NCBI GenBank assembly: GCA_050174015.1
Contig: JBFXKG010000002.1
Span: 218,252-282,251 of the forward strand
Source: Candidatus Krumholzibacteriia bacterium
GTDB taxonomy: Bacteria > Krumholzibacteriota > Krumholzibacteriia > LZORAL124-64-63
Reading direction: 5' to 3'
Length of the DNA stretch: 64,000 nt
In this document: positions 42,519 to 54,919 of the stretch, one piece after another
Layout: every line of letters begins with the position of its first letter
Position numbering within the stretch: position 1 is the stretch's first letter
Program-made: the position numbers and the translations under genes
The notes under the pieces: generated by a model
Told to the model about the DNA's origin: nothing
What the model saw: only the letters and a program-made list of their open reading frames with translations
Databases searched by the model: none

Positions 42519-43927
42519 GGGAGCTTGACCTCCGGGAAACCGGGATCCGGGGAGCCGGGCCGGATGCCGGCGGCTTCGCCGACCACCCGGAAGGGGCGTC
42601 CTCCGGGGAGGGTTCCGCCCAGGTCGGACCCGTCCGCTCCGGCGGGCAGGAATCCGCCGCGCTCGGGCTGCAGGACCAGGTCGCAACCCAGCTGGTAGAG
42701 GACGTCGTACGCGGGCTTGCCGGGGTTGCAGATGACGGCCAGGTCCCCCTCCATGCGCAGCTCGGACAGCTTGGGTCCGGGCGAGGACCGGCGGGGAGCC
42801 AGGGTGGCCTGGATGCTCGCGCCGCCCTCGGCGCCCACCCCGGCCAGGACCAGACCCGTGTGCAGGGGCCACTTGAGGTCCACGGCGGCGGACACCTCGG
42901 TCTGCCAGCCGGTCTCGGTGACCACGAGGCTCAGGTGGGCGCCCCGGCAGGCCAGCAGGGTGGCGCTCAGCCAGAAGTCGAGCCCACCGCCGATGACGAT
43001 GACCCGGCGGCCGCCGAGATCCAGTCCGTCCCGCAGGATCATCCGGTAGAGCGCCCGGGGGCCGATCATCCCGGGCGCGTCGTTGCCCGGGAACAGACCC
43101 AGGACGTCCAGGGCGCCGGCGGCCCAGACGACCGAACCGAACCGCAGAGTCAGCAGATCGCCGCCTTCCCTCAGCACCAGCCCGTCGGGGTTGTAGCCGG
43201 CGATGACCCGTGAGCCGGGGCGGAATTCCGCCCCGCAGGCCGCGAAGGCCGCGAGGGCCCGGTCGAGGCGCTGGTGGGCCGCAGCCAGGACGGGGAACCG
43301 GCCCAGCCCGCCTCTCGTCTCCCGGGCCACGGCCTGCAGGGCGGCGGCCCGCTGTCCGCCGGGCAAGGTGTTCTCGTCGAGCATCAGCACGCGGCCCCCG
43401 GCCTGCGCGGCAGCCTCCAGGCCGCTGGGCCCGCCGCCGATCACCACGGTCTCCACGCAGCCCAGATCCCGCGTCGCCGCCTCGGCGGCCGGAGCGGAGG
43501 GCAAAGCCCGGGCGGCCGGCAGCCTGCCGACACCGGTCAGGGGGCGGATGGTCTTCAGGAAGTAACGGCTGACCCAGGCGGGTCTGGTGAACCACTTGTA
43601 GTAGAACCCGACGGGGAACATGGCGCTGCCCAGGCTCAGGGACTTCTGCATCGCCGGGCCGTAGAAGGCGCCGGTGTCCTGCCGCGCGACCTCCATTCCC
43701 GGGCGCACGGGCAGTTCGCAGACGCGGACGTTGGGGACCCCGTCCACCCGCATGAGGCAGGCCGTGCACTGGCCGCGGGCGCAGGTCAGCCCGCGGGGGG
43801 AACCGTACTTGGGGGAGCGGGAGAGGACGCGGACCCCGTTCTCCCACAGGGCGACGGCCACCGTGGTGTCCGGGCGACAGTCGAGGGTCTTCCCTTCGAA
43901 GCGGATCTGCACCAGGTCCTTATCCAA
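42515..43927 (-). CDS. 2Fe-2S / Rossmann subunit, sarcosine oxidase alpha / proline dehydrogenase alpha-like
   Basis: SRSPKY..PRG..CARGQC.AC...VDG.PNVR.C, GFYYK.F, IGGGPSGL, FPGNDAPG. Confidence 0.82.
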   Translation of the reverse strand: MDKDLVQIRFEGKTLDCRPDTTVAVALWENGVRVLSRSPKYGSPRGLTCARGQCTACLMRVDGVPNVRVCELPVRPGMEVARQDTGAFYGPAMQKSLSLGSAMFPVGFYYKWFTRPAWVSRYFLKTIRPLTGVGRLPAARALPSAPAAEAATRDLGCVETVVIGGGPSGLEAAAQAGGRVLMLDENTLPGGQRAAALQAVARETRGGLGRFPVLAAAHQRLDRALAAFAACGAEFRPGSRVIAGYNPDGLVLREGGDLLTLRFGSVVWAAGALDVLGLFPGNDAPGMIGPRALYRMILRDGLDLGGRRVIVIGGGLDFWLSATLLACRGAHLSLVVTETGWQTEVSAAVDLKWPLHTGLVLAGVGAEGGASIQATLAPRRSSPGPKLSELRMEGDLAVICNPGKPAYDVLYQLGCDLVLQPERGGFLPAGADGSDLGGTLPGGRPFRVVGEAAGIRPGSPDPGFPEVKLP

Positions 43928-44163
43928 GGCACCATCCTTTCGCGGGCGGAGTCACCCCGGGACCGGGCGGGTCGGCCGCCCGGCGGAGGTCTCGAAAATA
44001 GGTTCCGCCAGGACCGGCGGCAAGGACGGTGTCGAACCCGGCGCCCCTGAAGTCGGGACTTTCCCGGGAGGCTCCGGGGCATATATTTGAAAGCAGATTT
44101 TCCCGGCCGGAATGGCTCCGGTCCGGGGCAGCCGATCCGCGATTCCCGATTGCGAGGTGTGGG

Positions 44164-45534
44164 ATGTCCAAGGTCACCATCAGCGAAGTCGTCAAGAAGG
44201 GCAGGGAGCAAGGGGTGGAGTTCGTCGACCTGAAGATGCTCGACCTGACCGGACGCCTGCACCACCTGTCGTTCCCCCTGGACCGGCTGACCGAGGACGT
44301 CTGCACCAGCGGGATCGGGTTCGACGGGTCGAGCTACGGGTTCCTCAAGGTCGAGAACAGCGACATGGTGCTGATCCCCGACCTGGACACCGCGGTCATC
44401 GACCCCTTCCGGGCGCGCAGGACCCTGACCATGTTCGCGGCCGCCCACCTCACCGACGCCCGGCGGACGCCCTTCGCCCAGGATCCCCGCGTCATCGCGA
44501 CCCGGGCCGAGGCCGCCCTGAAGTCCCTGGGGGTGGCGGACCGGTCCCAGTGGGGGCCCGAGTACGAGTTCCACATCTTCGAGGAGGCCCGGTTCAACAC
44601 CGCGGCCAACGATTCCTCCTTCGGGGTCCGCAGCGGCGAGTCCTTCTACCGGAACGCCTATCACGCCTGCAATCCCTTCGACCGTTACGACGACTTCCGC
44701 GACGAGGCCTGCGCCGTGATGGCGGACTTCGGCATCCCCGTCCGCTACCACCATCATGAGGTGGGGGGGCAGGGCCAGCAGGAGATCGAGGGCTGGTTCG
44801 CCGACATGACCACCACCGGGGACCATGCCGTCTTGACCAAGTACATCCTGTTCAACCTCGCCGAACGGCACGGCCTGAAGGTCACCTTCATGCCCAAGCC
44901 CCTGTTCGACAACGCCGGCAGCGGGTGGCACCTGCACCAGTTCCTGCTGAAGGGCGGCAGGAACGTCTTCGACGACGGGGACGGATACGCCGGACTCAGC
45001 CGCACGGCCCTGCACTACGTCGGGGGCATCCTCACGCACGCCGACGCCCTCAGCGCCCTGACCAACCCCAGCACCAACAGCTACAAGCGCCTCGTGCCCG
45101 GATTCGAGGCCCCGACGGTCCGCACCTTCGGCCGCTCGAACCGCGGGGCGGCCATCCGCATTCCCAGCTACGTCTCCGACGGCGAGTTGAGGCGCATCGA
45201 GTACCGTCCTCCGGACCTGACCTGCAATCCCTACCTGTGCTGCGCCGCCATCCTGATGGCCGGGCTGGACGGGATCATCAACGGCATCGATCCGGTCGCC
45301 GCCGGTTTCGCTCCCGAGGATGCGCCCTCCTCCACGGGTCGGCAGGTGGACTTCCTGCCCCGCAGCCTGGCGGACGCCCTGGACGCCCTGGAGAAGGACC
45401 ACGCCTTCCTGCTGAGGGAGGACGTGTTCCCCGAGGCGCTGATCCGGCGCTGGCTGGACGTCAAGCGGGCCGAGATCCAGGCGATCAACGGCCGCCCGCA
45501 CCCCTACGAGTTCACGATGTACTTCGACTTCTAG
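44164..45534 (+). CDS. glnA: Glutamine synthetase type I
   Basis: GFDGSS, GPEYEF, HHEV, TFMPKP..DNAGSG.H.HQ, NSYKRLVPGFEAP, IEYRPPD. Confidence 0.92.
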   Translation: MSKVTISEVVKKGREQGVEFVDLKMLDLTGRLHHLSFPLDRLTEDVCTSGIGFDGSSYGFLKVENSDMVLIPDLDTAVIDPFRARRTLTMFAAAHLTDARRTPFAQDPRVIATRAEAALKSLGVADRSQWGPEYEFHIFEEARFNTAANDSSFGVRSGESFYRNAYHACNPFDRYDDFRDEACAVMADFGIPVRYHHHEVGGQGQQEIEGWFADMTTTGDHAVLTKYILFNLAERHGLKVTFMPKPLFDNAGSGWHLHQFLLKGGRNVFDDGDGYAGLSRTALHYVGGILTHADALSALTNPSTNSYKRLVPGFEAPTVRTFGRSNRGAAIRIPSYVSDGELRRIEYRPPDLTCNPYLCCAAILMAGLDGIINGIDPVAAGFAPEDAPSSTGRQVDFLPRSLADALDALEKDHAFLLREDVFPEALIRRWLDVKRAEIQAINGRPHPYEFTMYFDF

Positions 45535-45543
45535 GAGCGGACG

Positions 45544-45945
45544 ATGGTGGAGCTGGAGATCAGGACGGCGGACCGCGACCAGTTCGTCGACGTCACGGCC
45601 CAGGTGGCCGGTGCGGTCGTGCGCCTCGGGATCGTCACCGGAACCGTCCTGGTCTTCAACCCCCACACCACCGCGGGGGTGACCATCAACGAGGGCGCGG
45701 ACCCGGACGTGGTGAGGGACATGCTGGGGGCGTTCGACCGGATGGTACCGTGGCAGGACGGATACCGGCACGCCGAGGGCAACGCCGCAGCCCACATCAA
45801 GGCGACCCTGGTCGGCAGTTCGGTCCTGGTTCCGGTGCGGAATGGAACGTTGAAGCTCGGCGACTGGCAGTCCGTCTGGTTCTGCGAGTTCGACGGTCCC
45901 CGCCGCCGCCGGTTATGGGTGAGCCAGGTGGGCCAGGGGACGTGA
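45544..45945 (+). CDS. YjbQ/UPF0047 family protein (full length)
   Basis: PHTTAGVTINE.ADPDV, H.EGN..AHIK, LGDWQ...FCEFDGPR. Confidence 0.92.
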   Translation: MVELEIRTADRDQFVDVTAQVAGAVVRLGIVTGTVLVFNPHTTAGVTINEGADPDVVRDMLGAFDRMVPWQDGYRHAEGNAAAHIKATLVGSSVLVPVRNGTLKLGDWQSVWFCEFDGPRRRRLWVSQVGQGT

Positions 45946-47010
45946 GCTCCCGGGCAGTCGCTCGATCAGCTGCTTGAATTCCTCCCTGGTCGTGTGGGCC
46001 GTCACGGTGTACCGGCCCACGTGCCAGGGCCCGCGCCCGGGTTCGAAGGTGCGTCGGTGGAGGCTGACGGTGCCGGCGAAACCCACCGCCCTCGCCACGC
46101 TGTCCAGGTCCCCGTTCCCGAAGCCGAATGGCCAGGCCAGCCAGCGGGCCGGCGCCCCGGTGTTGCGCACCAGGGCGGCCCGGCTGACCAGGAGGTCGTC
46201 GGTGACCGGTCCGAATCTTCCCCCCCGCAGGGCCTGCCAGGATCCCCTGGCCGGATCCTGCGCCTGGGCCCCGGCCAGGGCGGCCAGTTCCTTGAGGTTC
46301 AGCAGGCGGTCGGTCTCGCGGGCGTACTCCGGCTCCCAGGTCACCGGAACCCGGCCGGCCTGCCCGTCCACCTTGTAATGCAGCCGGTTGGTGTGGGACC
46401 CGAGGATCACCAGACCGCTGTCCTGCATTTCCCTCAGCTCGTCCCAGGAGCAGATGTCCAGGCCGCTGAAGGTCCCGCCGGCGAAGGACGTGGGCACGAA
46501 GAGGTGGGCGCGGACCCCGAACCTCCTGAGCAGGGGGAAGGCCAGGCGGTGGAAGCTGCGCTCGGCGTCGTCGACCGTCAGGACGACCGCCCGCTCCGGC
46601 AGGGGATCCCCGTGGGCTGCGAGGGCGGCCACCTCGTCCAGGGTCAGGACCTCGACCCCGGATTCGGCCAGGTATTCCAGCTGCCAGGCGAACTCCCCGA
46701 TGGGAGTGGTCCAGAACTCCTCGGTCCCCAGGGCGGGCAGGCCGAACAGGAGGCTGCCCCCGACCTTGGCCAGGTAGGCCGGATCGAGGTCCGCCCGGAA
46801 ATAGTGGTAGCACAGGACGGGGATCCCGGAGTTTCCCGGGAGGTCGGCGGCCTGCCGTCCCGCGGCGGTCTGGGGCGGGTCCAGGAAGTCGTACTCCGCG
46901 ACCGGCGTCTGGTCCCGGCATCCGCCGGCGGCCAGGCAGCAGGCCAGCAGGATGACCGCGGCCGGGAACGTCGCGGATCGGGCCCGGGTGTGCTTGTCGG
47001 ATCCGGTCAT
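45913..47010 (-). CDS. Polysaccharide deacetylase lipoprotein, PgaB/IcaB-like, CE4 domain only
   Basis: LAAGGC lipobox, PVLCYH, LTVDD, GSHTNRLH, AWPFG. Confidence 0.8.
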   Translation of the reverse strand: MTGSDKHTRARSATFPAAVILLACCLAAGGCRDQTPVAEYDFLDPPQTAAGRQAADLPGNSGIPVLCYHYFRADLDPAYLAKVGGSLLFGLPALGTEEFWTTPIGEFAWQLEYLAESGVEVLTLDEVAALAAHGDPLPERAVVLTVDDAERSFHRLAFPLLRRFGVRAHLFVPTSFAGGTFSGLDICSWDELREMQDSGLVILGSHTNRLHYKVDGQAGRVPVTWEPEYARETDRLLNLKELAALAGAQAQDPARGSWQALRGGRFGPVTDDLLVSRAALVRNTGAPARWLAWPFGFGNGDLDSVARAVGFAGTVSLHRRTFEPGRGPWHVGRYTVTAHTTREEFKQLIERLPGSSRPLAHLAHP

Positions 47011-48365
47011 CAGAAGATCCCCCGCAGGGACAGTCCCGCCGACGTCCGCCGGTACCCGCTGTCCGTGCTGATGGCGCTCCGGGAATGGCCCGCATCCACG
47101 GCGACCAGCCAGTTCCCGGAAAGGCGCAGGCCCAGGTGGACGGACCCTCCGCCCACGGTGATGGCGTCCGCTCCGGTTTCCTTCTCCCGGCCCAGCGATC
47201 CGGCCGCCCTCAGGACGAACCGGCTCCGCCACAGGACCGCCGCGGCCTCGAGTCCCCCGTTGGCCACGTGGTCCGGAGCCCAGTATCCTCCGGGATAGGG
47301 ACGGCTGTGATCGAGGACCGTGAAGGCCGCAGCCAGCTGGAGATCCACGGGACCCTCGTGCTTCCAGGTGGCCGCGATCCGGCCCTGCCGCCGCTGGTTG
47401 CCGTCGGTGAACTCGCCCAGGCGGCCGACCGCGGCCAGGCCGATCCGCCGGGTGAGGCGGAGGTCCGCCGAGAGGTTGGTCTGCCGCAGGGCCAGCCTGC
47501 GCCCGAAGGCGAGGAAGGTTTCGACGGCCTGGTAGCCGGCGCCCGCGTCCAGGCGGACCCGGTCCCGGGGCAGCCAGGTGAACCAGAAGTCCCCGCCGGG
47601 CCGGTTCCAGTCCAGCTTCTCCGCTTCCCCTTCGAGTGGTTCGTCGCTGCGGAACGACTCCAGCCAGCCGGCGGCGTGGAGGGCCAGGTTCCTGCGCAGG
47701 GGGATGCCCGCGCCGGCTTCCCAGCGCAGGGCGGTGAGGTCGGGCCGGCCCGGCTGGCGGTAGCGGCTGACCCGCGGGCCGGTATGCAGGAGGACGCCGG
47801 CCGCCGGGACGGCCCCCTGGATCCGGAAGCGGGCGATGTCCAGATCGTCGGAATCCCAGCTGGATTCCCAGCCGATGAGCGCCAGGGGCGTGTACTCGTC
47901 CAGCACCTTGAGCCGGAACCTCCGGACGTCCCGGCCGCCCGCCGATTCCGGACCGAAGCGGGACTCCGCATCCTTGAGCACCACCCAGCCCTCGCGGTAG
48001 CGGTTGGCCCAGACCAGGCTGCGGCCCAGGCCGACGCGGGCGGCGGGATCGTCGGGTTCCGCCGCCGCCAGCTCCCGGTACAGGTCCACGGCGCGCGCCT
48101 GCCGGCCGCTCCAGCTGCAGGCCAGGGCCAGGCCCAGCAGGGTCTCCCGGTCCCGCCGGGCCCCGGGGGCGTCGAGGTAGGCGGTGAACAGCGCATGGGC
48201 CCGGTCGGAATCCTCGTTCCACAGGCTCGCGAAGGCGGCGCTGCGCAGGTCGTCCGCGGGGTCGGCGGCGAAGGCGGGGCCGGGGCCGGCGGCCCAGGCC
48301 AGAGCCAGCAGGACCGCCGGCCACGCGGGGATCGACCTGGAGAACCGCCCCGGGGCCGTCCTCAT
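47010..48365 (-). CDS. TPR plus outer-membrane beta-barrel protein, putative PgaA-like PNAG export porin
   Basis: Signal peptide AFA-A, TPR-like helices, amphipathic beta strands ending in terminal Phe; located between the pgaC- and pgaB-like genes. Confidence 0.65.
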   Translation of the reverse strand: MRTAPGRFSRSIPAWPAVLLALAWAAGPGPAFAADPADDLRSAAFASLWNEDSDRAHALFTAYLDAPGARRDRETLLGLALACSWSGRQARAVDLYRELAAAEPDDPAARVGLGRSLVWANRYREGWVVLKDAESRFGPESAGGRDVRRFRLKVLDEYTPLALIGWESSWDSDDLDIARFRIQGAVPAAGVLLHTGPRVSRYRQPGRPDLTALRWEAGAGIPLRRNLALHAAGWLESFRSDEPLEGEAEKLDWNRPGGDFWFTWLPRDRVRLDAGAGYQAVETFLAFGRRLALRQTNLSADLRLTRRIGLAAVGRLGEFTDGNQRRQGRIAATWKHEGPVDLQLAAAFTVLDHSRPYPGGYWAPDHVANGGLEAAAVLWRSRFVLRAAGSLGREKETGADAITVGGGSVHLGLRLSGNWLVAVDAGHSRSAISTDSGYRRTSAGLSLRGIF

Positions 48366-49633
48366 TCCCTGATGGGTTTCCACAGCGTGATCCTCTTCTT
48401 CTGGCGGTTGACCAGGAAACCCCGGGGGGCGGTGATGACGGTGATGACGGCCATCAGGATCCAGTAGACCAGGGGATAGAACACGGCCACCAGGTAGTAG
48501 CGCGGCAACTTGTCGTCGTAGTGCCGGTCCAGGGCCACCCCGGTCAGCAGCTGGACCAGGCAGACCGTGGCGATGAGCATCCCCCAGAAGTTGGGAATGG
48601 GGGACGCCCCCACGGGGGGATAGCCCACGGCGAAGCTGACGAACCAGACGACCGTCAGGATGACGTAGGTGTAGGCCCAGGCCACCGACAGGTGGGCCTC
48701 GACGACCACGGGCCAGAAGCGCCGATGCTTGCGGTCCAGGAGGGTGCGGCCGTGCCTGACCAGCACCTGGCTGAGACCCAGGGCCCAGCGGCGGCGCTGA
48801 CGCCACAGGCCCTCGAGGGACTGGGGGACGCGCATCCACATCACCGCACGCGATTCGTAGCGCACGTCCCAGTGCCGCAGCTGCAGGCGCCAGGTCAGGT
48901 CGATGTCCTCGGTCGCCATCTCGGGCGAGTAGAGGCCGACGTCGAACAGCGCCTCGCGCCGGAAGATGCCGACGACCCCGCTCATGGTCATGATGCGTCC
49001 CCAGACCCGCTGGGCGCGGCGCATGAGGGAGATGATGGAGGCGAACTCGATGGCCTGGAGCTTGGCCAGGAAGCTGTCCCGGTTGACGACGCGGGGATTG
49101 CCGGTGACCGCCGCGCACCGGGGCGACCGGAAGTGGGGCACCATCCGGTCGAGGATGTCGGGCGCCGGGACCGCGTCGGCGTCCATGACGAACACCAGAT
49201 CCCCGTTGGTCAGGGGGATGGCGTCGTTGAGGGCCATGGCCTTGCCCTCGTTGACGGACTTGCGCACCAGGCGCACGCGCGGATCCGCGAGGAACGGCTC
49301 GATCTCCAGGAGGGTGCGGTCGGTGGAGCAGTCGTCCACGACGACGACCTCGTAGCAGGGGTAGTCCACCCGCAGGACCCCGTCGAGGGTCGTCGCGATA
49401 TTCGCCTCCTCGTTGTAGGCGGGGATGAGGAACGACACGAGGGGGGAATGTTCCCGCGAGTAGAAGGCGGCGAGACGTTCGGGGCCCAGGGCCTCCCGGC
49501 GTCTGAAGAAGATGAGGGAGGTGAAGATCCACATGACGCTGGTGATCAGGGGGTACCAGGCGAAGTACAGCAGCAGGGCCAGGTAGACCGGCGTGGACTG
49601 GAAGGCGACGACGGCGCCGTAGACGTCCATCAT
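48362..49633 (-). CDS. pgaC: Poly-beta-1,6-N-acetylglucosamine synthase, GT2 (PgaC/IcaA)
   Basis: PAYNEE, DDCSTD, GKAMALN, MDAD, AVTGNPRV, IKR-type MRRAQR..G...T.SGV, TEDID, QRRRW. Confidence 0.88.
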   Translation of the reverse strand: MMDVYGAVVAFQSTPVYLALLLYFAWYPLITSVMWIFTSLIFFRRREALGPERLAAFYSREHSPLVSFLIPAYNEEANIATTLDGVLRVDYPCYEVVVVDDCSTDRTLLEIEPFLADPRVRLVRKSVNEGKAMALNDAIPLTNGDLVFVMDADAVPAPDILDRMVPHFRSPRCAAVTGNPRVVNRDSFLAKLQAIEFASIISLMRRAQRVWGRIMTMSGVVGIFRREALFDVGLYSPEMATEDIDLTWRLQLRHWDVRYESRAVMWMRVPQSLEGLWRQRRRWALGLSQVLVRHGRTLLDRKHRRFWPVVVEAHLSVAWAYTYVILTVVWFVSFAVGYPPVGASPIPNFWGMLIATVCLVQLLTGVALDRHYDDKLPRYYLVAVFYPLVYWILMAVITVITAPRGFLVNRQKKRITLWKPIRE

Positions 49634-49995
49634 GACCCCTTTCCCCAGCCGGCGGTGTAGACCTTCCGGTCGTCGCCGTCGAGGCTGATCCCGATCACGG
49701 GGGCCTTCTTGAGGGCCTCCAGGTCGGGTCCGATCACCGGTCGGCCCAGGTAGTCGCGATCCAGGGTCTCCGGGCCGGGAGCCGGACGTTCCCGGCGGCG
49801 GTTGCGGGCCGCGAGGTTCAGGTTGTGCCTCACCCACAGCAGGGTGGCGATCAGGCCCAGGGCCGCGATCCCGGACAGCACGCCCAGGGCCTGGAAGCCG
49901 GCCAGGGAGATCTGCCTGCCGCTCACCACGTACCAGTAGTAGCCGAAGAGGATCCACATCAGGATCGATGCCAGGTAATGCCAGAAGTCCCGCAC
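49630..49995 (-). CDS. Small two-TM protein, PgaD-like accessory subunit
   Basis: Two TM helices followed by W..HN....RNRRR; ATGA coupling to pgaC; GTG start uncertain. Confidence 0.6.
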   Translation of the reverse strand: MRDFWHYLASILMWILFGYYWYVVSGRQISLAGFQALGVLSGIAALGLIATLLWVRHNLNLAARNRRRERPAPGPETLDRDYLGRPVIGPDLEALKKAPVIGISLDGDDRKVYTAGWGKGS

Positions 49996-50075
49996 CTCAC
50001 CACACTCCTTCGGTCGGCGGCCGGGCTGACCCGGGCCCGGGGCGATGGCCTTCAAGGGGGCCGTCCGGGGGCAGG

Positions 50076-50104
50076 TTGACCGGGAACCCTGCTGCTTTTA
50101 CAAT
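50076..50104 (+). promoter_or_regulatory. Sigma70 promoter of alaS
   Basis: TTGACC-N17-TACAAT. Confidence 0.7.
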
Positions 50105-50222
50105 ATCAAGCTCCCGGAGGCCATTTTCCGGCCGTTCCGGGCAGCCCGAACCAGAGGTACCGGCGAACCCGTCACCGCTTTTTTCGGCAGGGACGGGTTT
50201 CCATGTAGGGAATTCCCACCCG

Positions 50223-52952
<2,730 letters not shown>

Positions 52953-52972
52953 TCCCTTGTCCGGCGGCATGC

Positions 52973-53003
52973 GGGCTCCCCCGACGAGGGGGAGCCCTTC
53001 TTC
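52973..53003. terminator. Hairpin terminator between convergent alaS and nitroreductase genes
   Basis: GGGCTCCCCC-GACGA-GGGGGAGCCC followed by TTCTTC. Confidence 0.7.
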
Positions 53004-53676
53004 AATCCCGGATGTTCAGGTAGGCGGCGGGGTCCTTCCGCCGGATGTCCGGCACGGTCGCTCCGGGGGCGGGGTGCCCCACCACCAGCAGCAGGAACGG
53101 CTTCTCGTTGGGGGGGCGATCCAGGATCTCGTTGAGGAATCCCATGGGGCTGGGCGTGTGGGTCAGGGTGCAGAGGCCGGCCTCGTGGAGGGCGGCGATG
53201 AGGAAGCCGCAGGCCAGACCCACGGATTCCTTGGTGTAGTAGTGCTTGATCTTCTCTCCGCCGGGCCCCAGGCCGGACCGTTGCTCGAAGACGGCGATGA
53301 GCCACGGCGCGGTCTCGAGGAAGGGCTTCTCGGCATCGGTGCCCAGGGGTTCGAGATCCGCCAGCCAGTCTTCCGGCGCGCGCCCGGCGTAGAACCTTCT
53401 TTCCTCCTCCTCGGCGGCCAGCCGGATGCGGCGCTTGACCTCCGCGTTCCCCACCAGTTCGAAGTGCCAGGGCTGCTTGTTGGCTCCGCTGGGCGCCTGG
53501 GCCGCGGCCTCGATGCAGGCGCGGACGATCTCCACCGGCACGGGCCGGTCCGAGAAATCACGCACGCTCCGCCGGGCGGCCAGGCCGTCGCGGAAGGCCA
53601 CGGCTGCGGCGAGCATGCCGGCCTCGTCCCGTGCGGGACGCAGGGGGAGGGGGATGCGCCGGGATTTTTCGTCCAT
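53002..53676 (-). CDS. Nitroreductase-superfamily flavoprotein, iodotyrosine deiodinase-like
   Basis: RRSVRDFS, APSGANKQPW, AAEEEERRFY, LGTD..KPFLETAP, YTKESVG, THTPSPM. Confidence 0.85.
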   Translation of the reverse strand: MDEKSRRIPLPLRPARDEAGMLAAAVAFRDGLAARRSVRDFSDRPVPVEIVRACIEAAAQAPSGANKQPWHFELVGNAEVKRRIRLAAEEEERRFYAGRAPEDWLADLEPLGTDAEKPFLETAPWLIAVFEQRSGLGPGGEKIKHYYTKESVGLACGFLIAALHEAGLCTLTHTPSPMGFLNEILDRPPNEKPFLLLVVGHPAPGATVPDIRRKDPAAYLNIRD

Positions 53677-53687
53677 GCTTCCGTCCT

Positions 53688-54839
53688 TCACTCGTCACGA
53701 CCCGATCCGAGACCGAGACCGGCCCCGATGACCCAGAAATCCGAGATCCCCCCGTCGAAATCACCGTGCAGATTGAAGTGATACCGGACCCCCAGATACC
53801 CCGAGGTTCCTCCTGCACCGGCCAGCAGGAGGCCTCCTCCGACGTGGGCGCCCGGGTAGAGGTCGCTGGCGATGTGCGCTCCGGCGCCCAGGTCCAGGTA
53901 GGGGTGCAGGCCGCCGGTGCCCGCGAAGATCTTCAGGTCGAGGCCGACGGTGACCACCGGGTCTCCGAAGGAGGCGGTCCCCTGGTAATCGGCGGTGTCG
54001 AAGCTGCGGGTTCCGGTCAGGTGGTGGTAGCCGATGGCGGGTCCCAGGGATGCCTTGCCGCCGATGCGGCGCAGGAATCCGCCCTGGAGCGACAGTCCGG
54101 AAAGGCTGTACCCGTAGCTCTTCCCCACGGCATATCCCACCTGGAAGTCCAGGATCGTGGGCGCCCCCGGCTCGATGAGGGGTTCGGATTCCCTGGGGCC
54201 GCTGCGGGGATGGATCGAGTACCAGGAGTAGGTCAGGGAACCGATGCCCGCGCCGATGCCGCCGACGACGGCGGCGCCCATGGCGGCGCCGACCAGGCCG
54301 AGGCCGAGTACGGGGTTGACGTCGCTGTCCTGGTTGTCGTTGATGCCCGCGACGACCAGGCCGAGCATGACGCCCAGGGTTCCGCCCGCCAGCCCTCCCG
54401 CCGTCAATCCCCATTGTCCGCCGCGGGCGGCGCCCGACCTGCGCTGCTGGATGCGGGCGATCTGATCGACCGGCGCCGCCAGGACCCCGGACGGCAGGCC
54501 CGTCCTCCGGTACTCCTGGAAACCGTCGGGGGAGAGGATGAGCAGGGTGTCGGCCCGGACCAGGTAGGGGTATCCCTCCATCCGGACGCGCGACATCAGG
54601 GTGATCCGCAGGAGCCGGTCCTGCTCGACGGTCGCCAGGATGGAGCGGAGGTCCGGATCGACGTCCTCGATCTTTTCGGAAGGGTTGAACTCGGAAAAAT
54701 CACCGGGATCGGCGGCGGCTGGAAGCGCGGCCAGGAGTACGACCAGGGCAAGAAGGGCGGCCGGGAAAGGCGCGATCCGGAATCCTGGTGTATGGGGGAC
54801 GCCTGCCACGGGTTCTCCTGATGGGTCGGCGAGGACCAT
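53688..54839 (-). CDS. Hypothetical exported protein with glycine zipper and C-terminal beta-barrel-like region
   Basis: Signal-like LLALVVLLAALPAAA; Gly-rich hydrophobic segment; alternating beta strands (HPYLDLGAG, YLGVRYHF); start uncertain. Confidence 0.55.
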   Translation of the reverse strand: MVLADPSGEPVAGVPHTPGFRIAPFPAALLALVVLLAALPAAADPGDFSEFNPSEKIEDVDPDLRSILATVEQDRLLRITLMSRVRMEGYPYLVRADTLLILSPDGFQEYRRTGLPSGVLAAPVDQIARIQQRRSGAARGGQWGLTAGGLAGGTLGVMLGLVVAGINDNQDSDVNPVLGLGLVGAAMGAAVVGGIGAGIGSLTYSWYSIHPRSGPRESEPLIEPGAPTILDFQVGYAVGKSYGYSLSGLSLQGGFLRRIGGKASLGPAIGYHHLTGTRSFDTADYQGTASFGDPVVTVGLDLKIFAGTGGLHPYLDLGAGAHIASDLYPGAHVGGGLLLAGAGGTSGYLGVRYHFNLHGDFDGGISDFWVIGAGLGLGSGRDE

Positions 54840-54872
54840 TCCCCATCCTCCTCCGGGATGGAACTCGTGTTG

Positions 54873-54901
54873 AAAAAAAAGGGGGCGCCATGGCGCCCCC
54901 T
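54873..54901 (-). terminator. Intrinsic terminator of the multiheme cytochrome operon
   Basis: On the minus strand a GC-rich palindrome AGGGGGCGCCATGGCGCCCCC is followed by T8. Confidence 0.85.
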
Positions 54902-54919
54902 CCGCTGTCGTGGGCGAAG

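Noticed and set aside
50105..50222. Possible T-box or other leader RNA upstream of alaS
   Set aside because: Too short, with no T-box consensus or terminator/antiterminator seen
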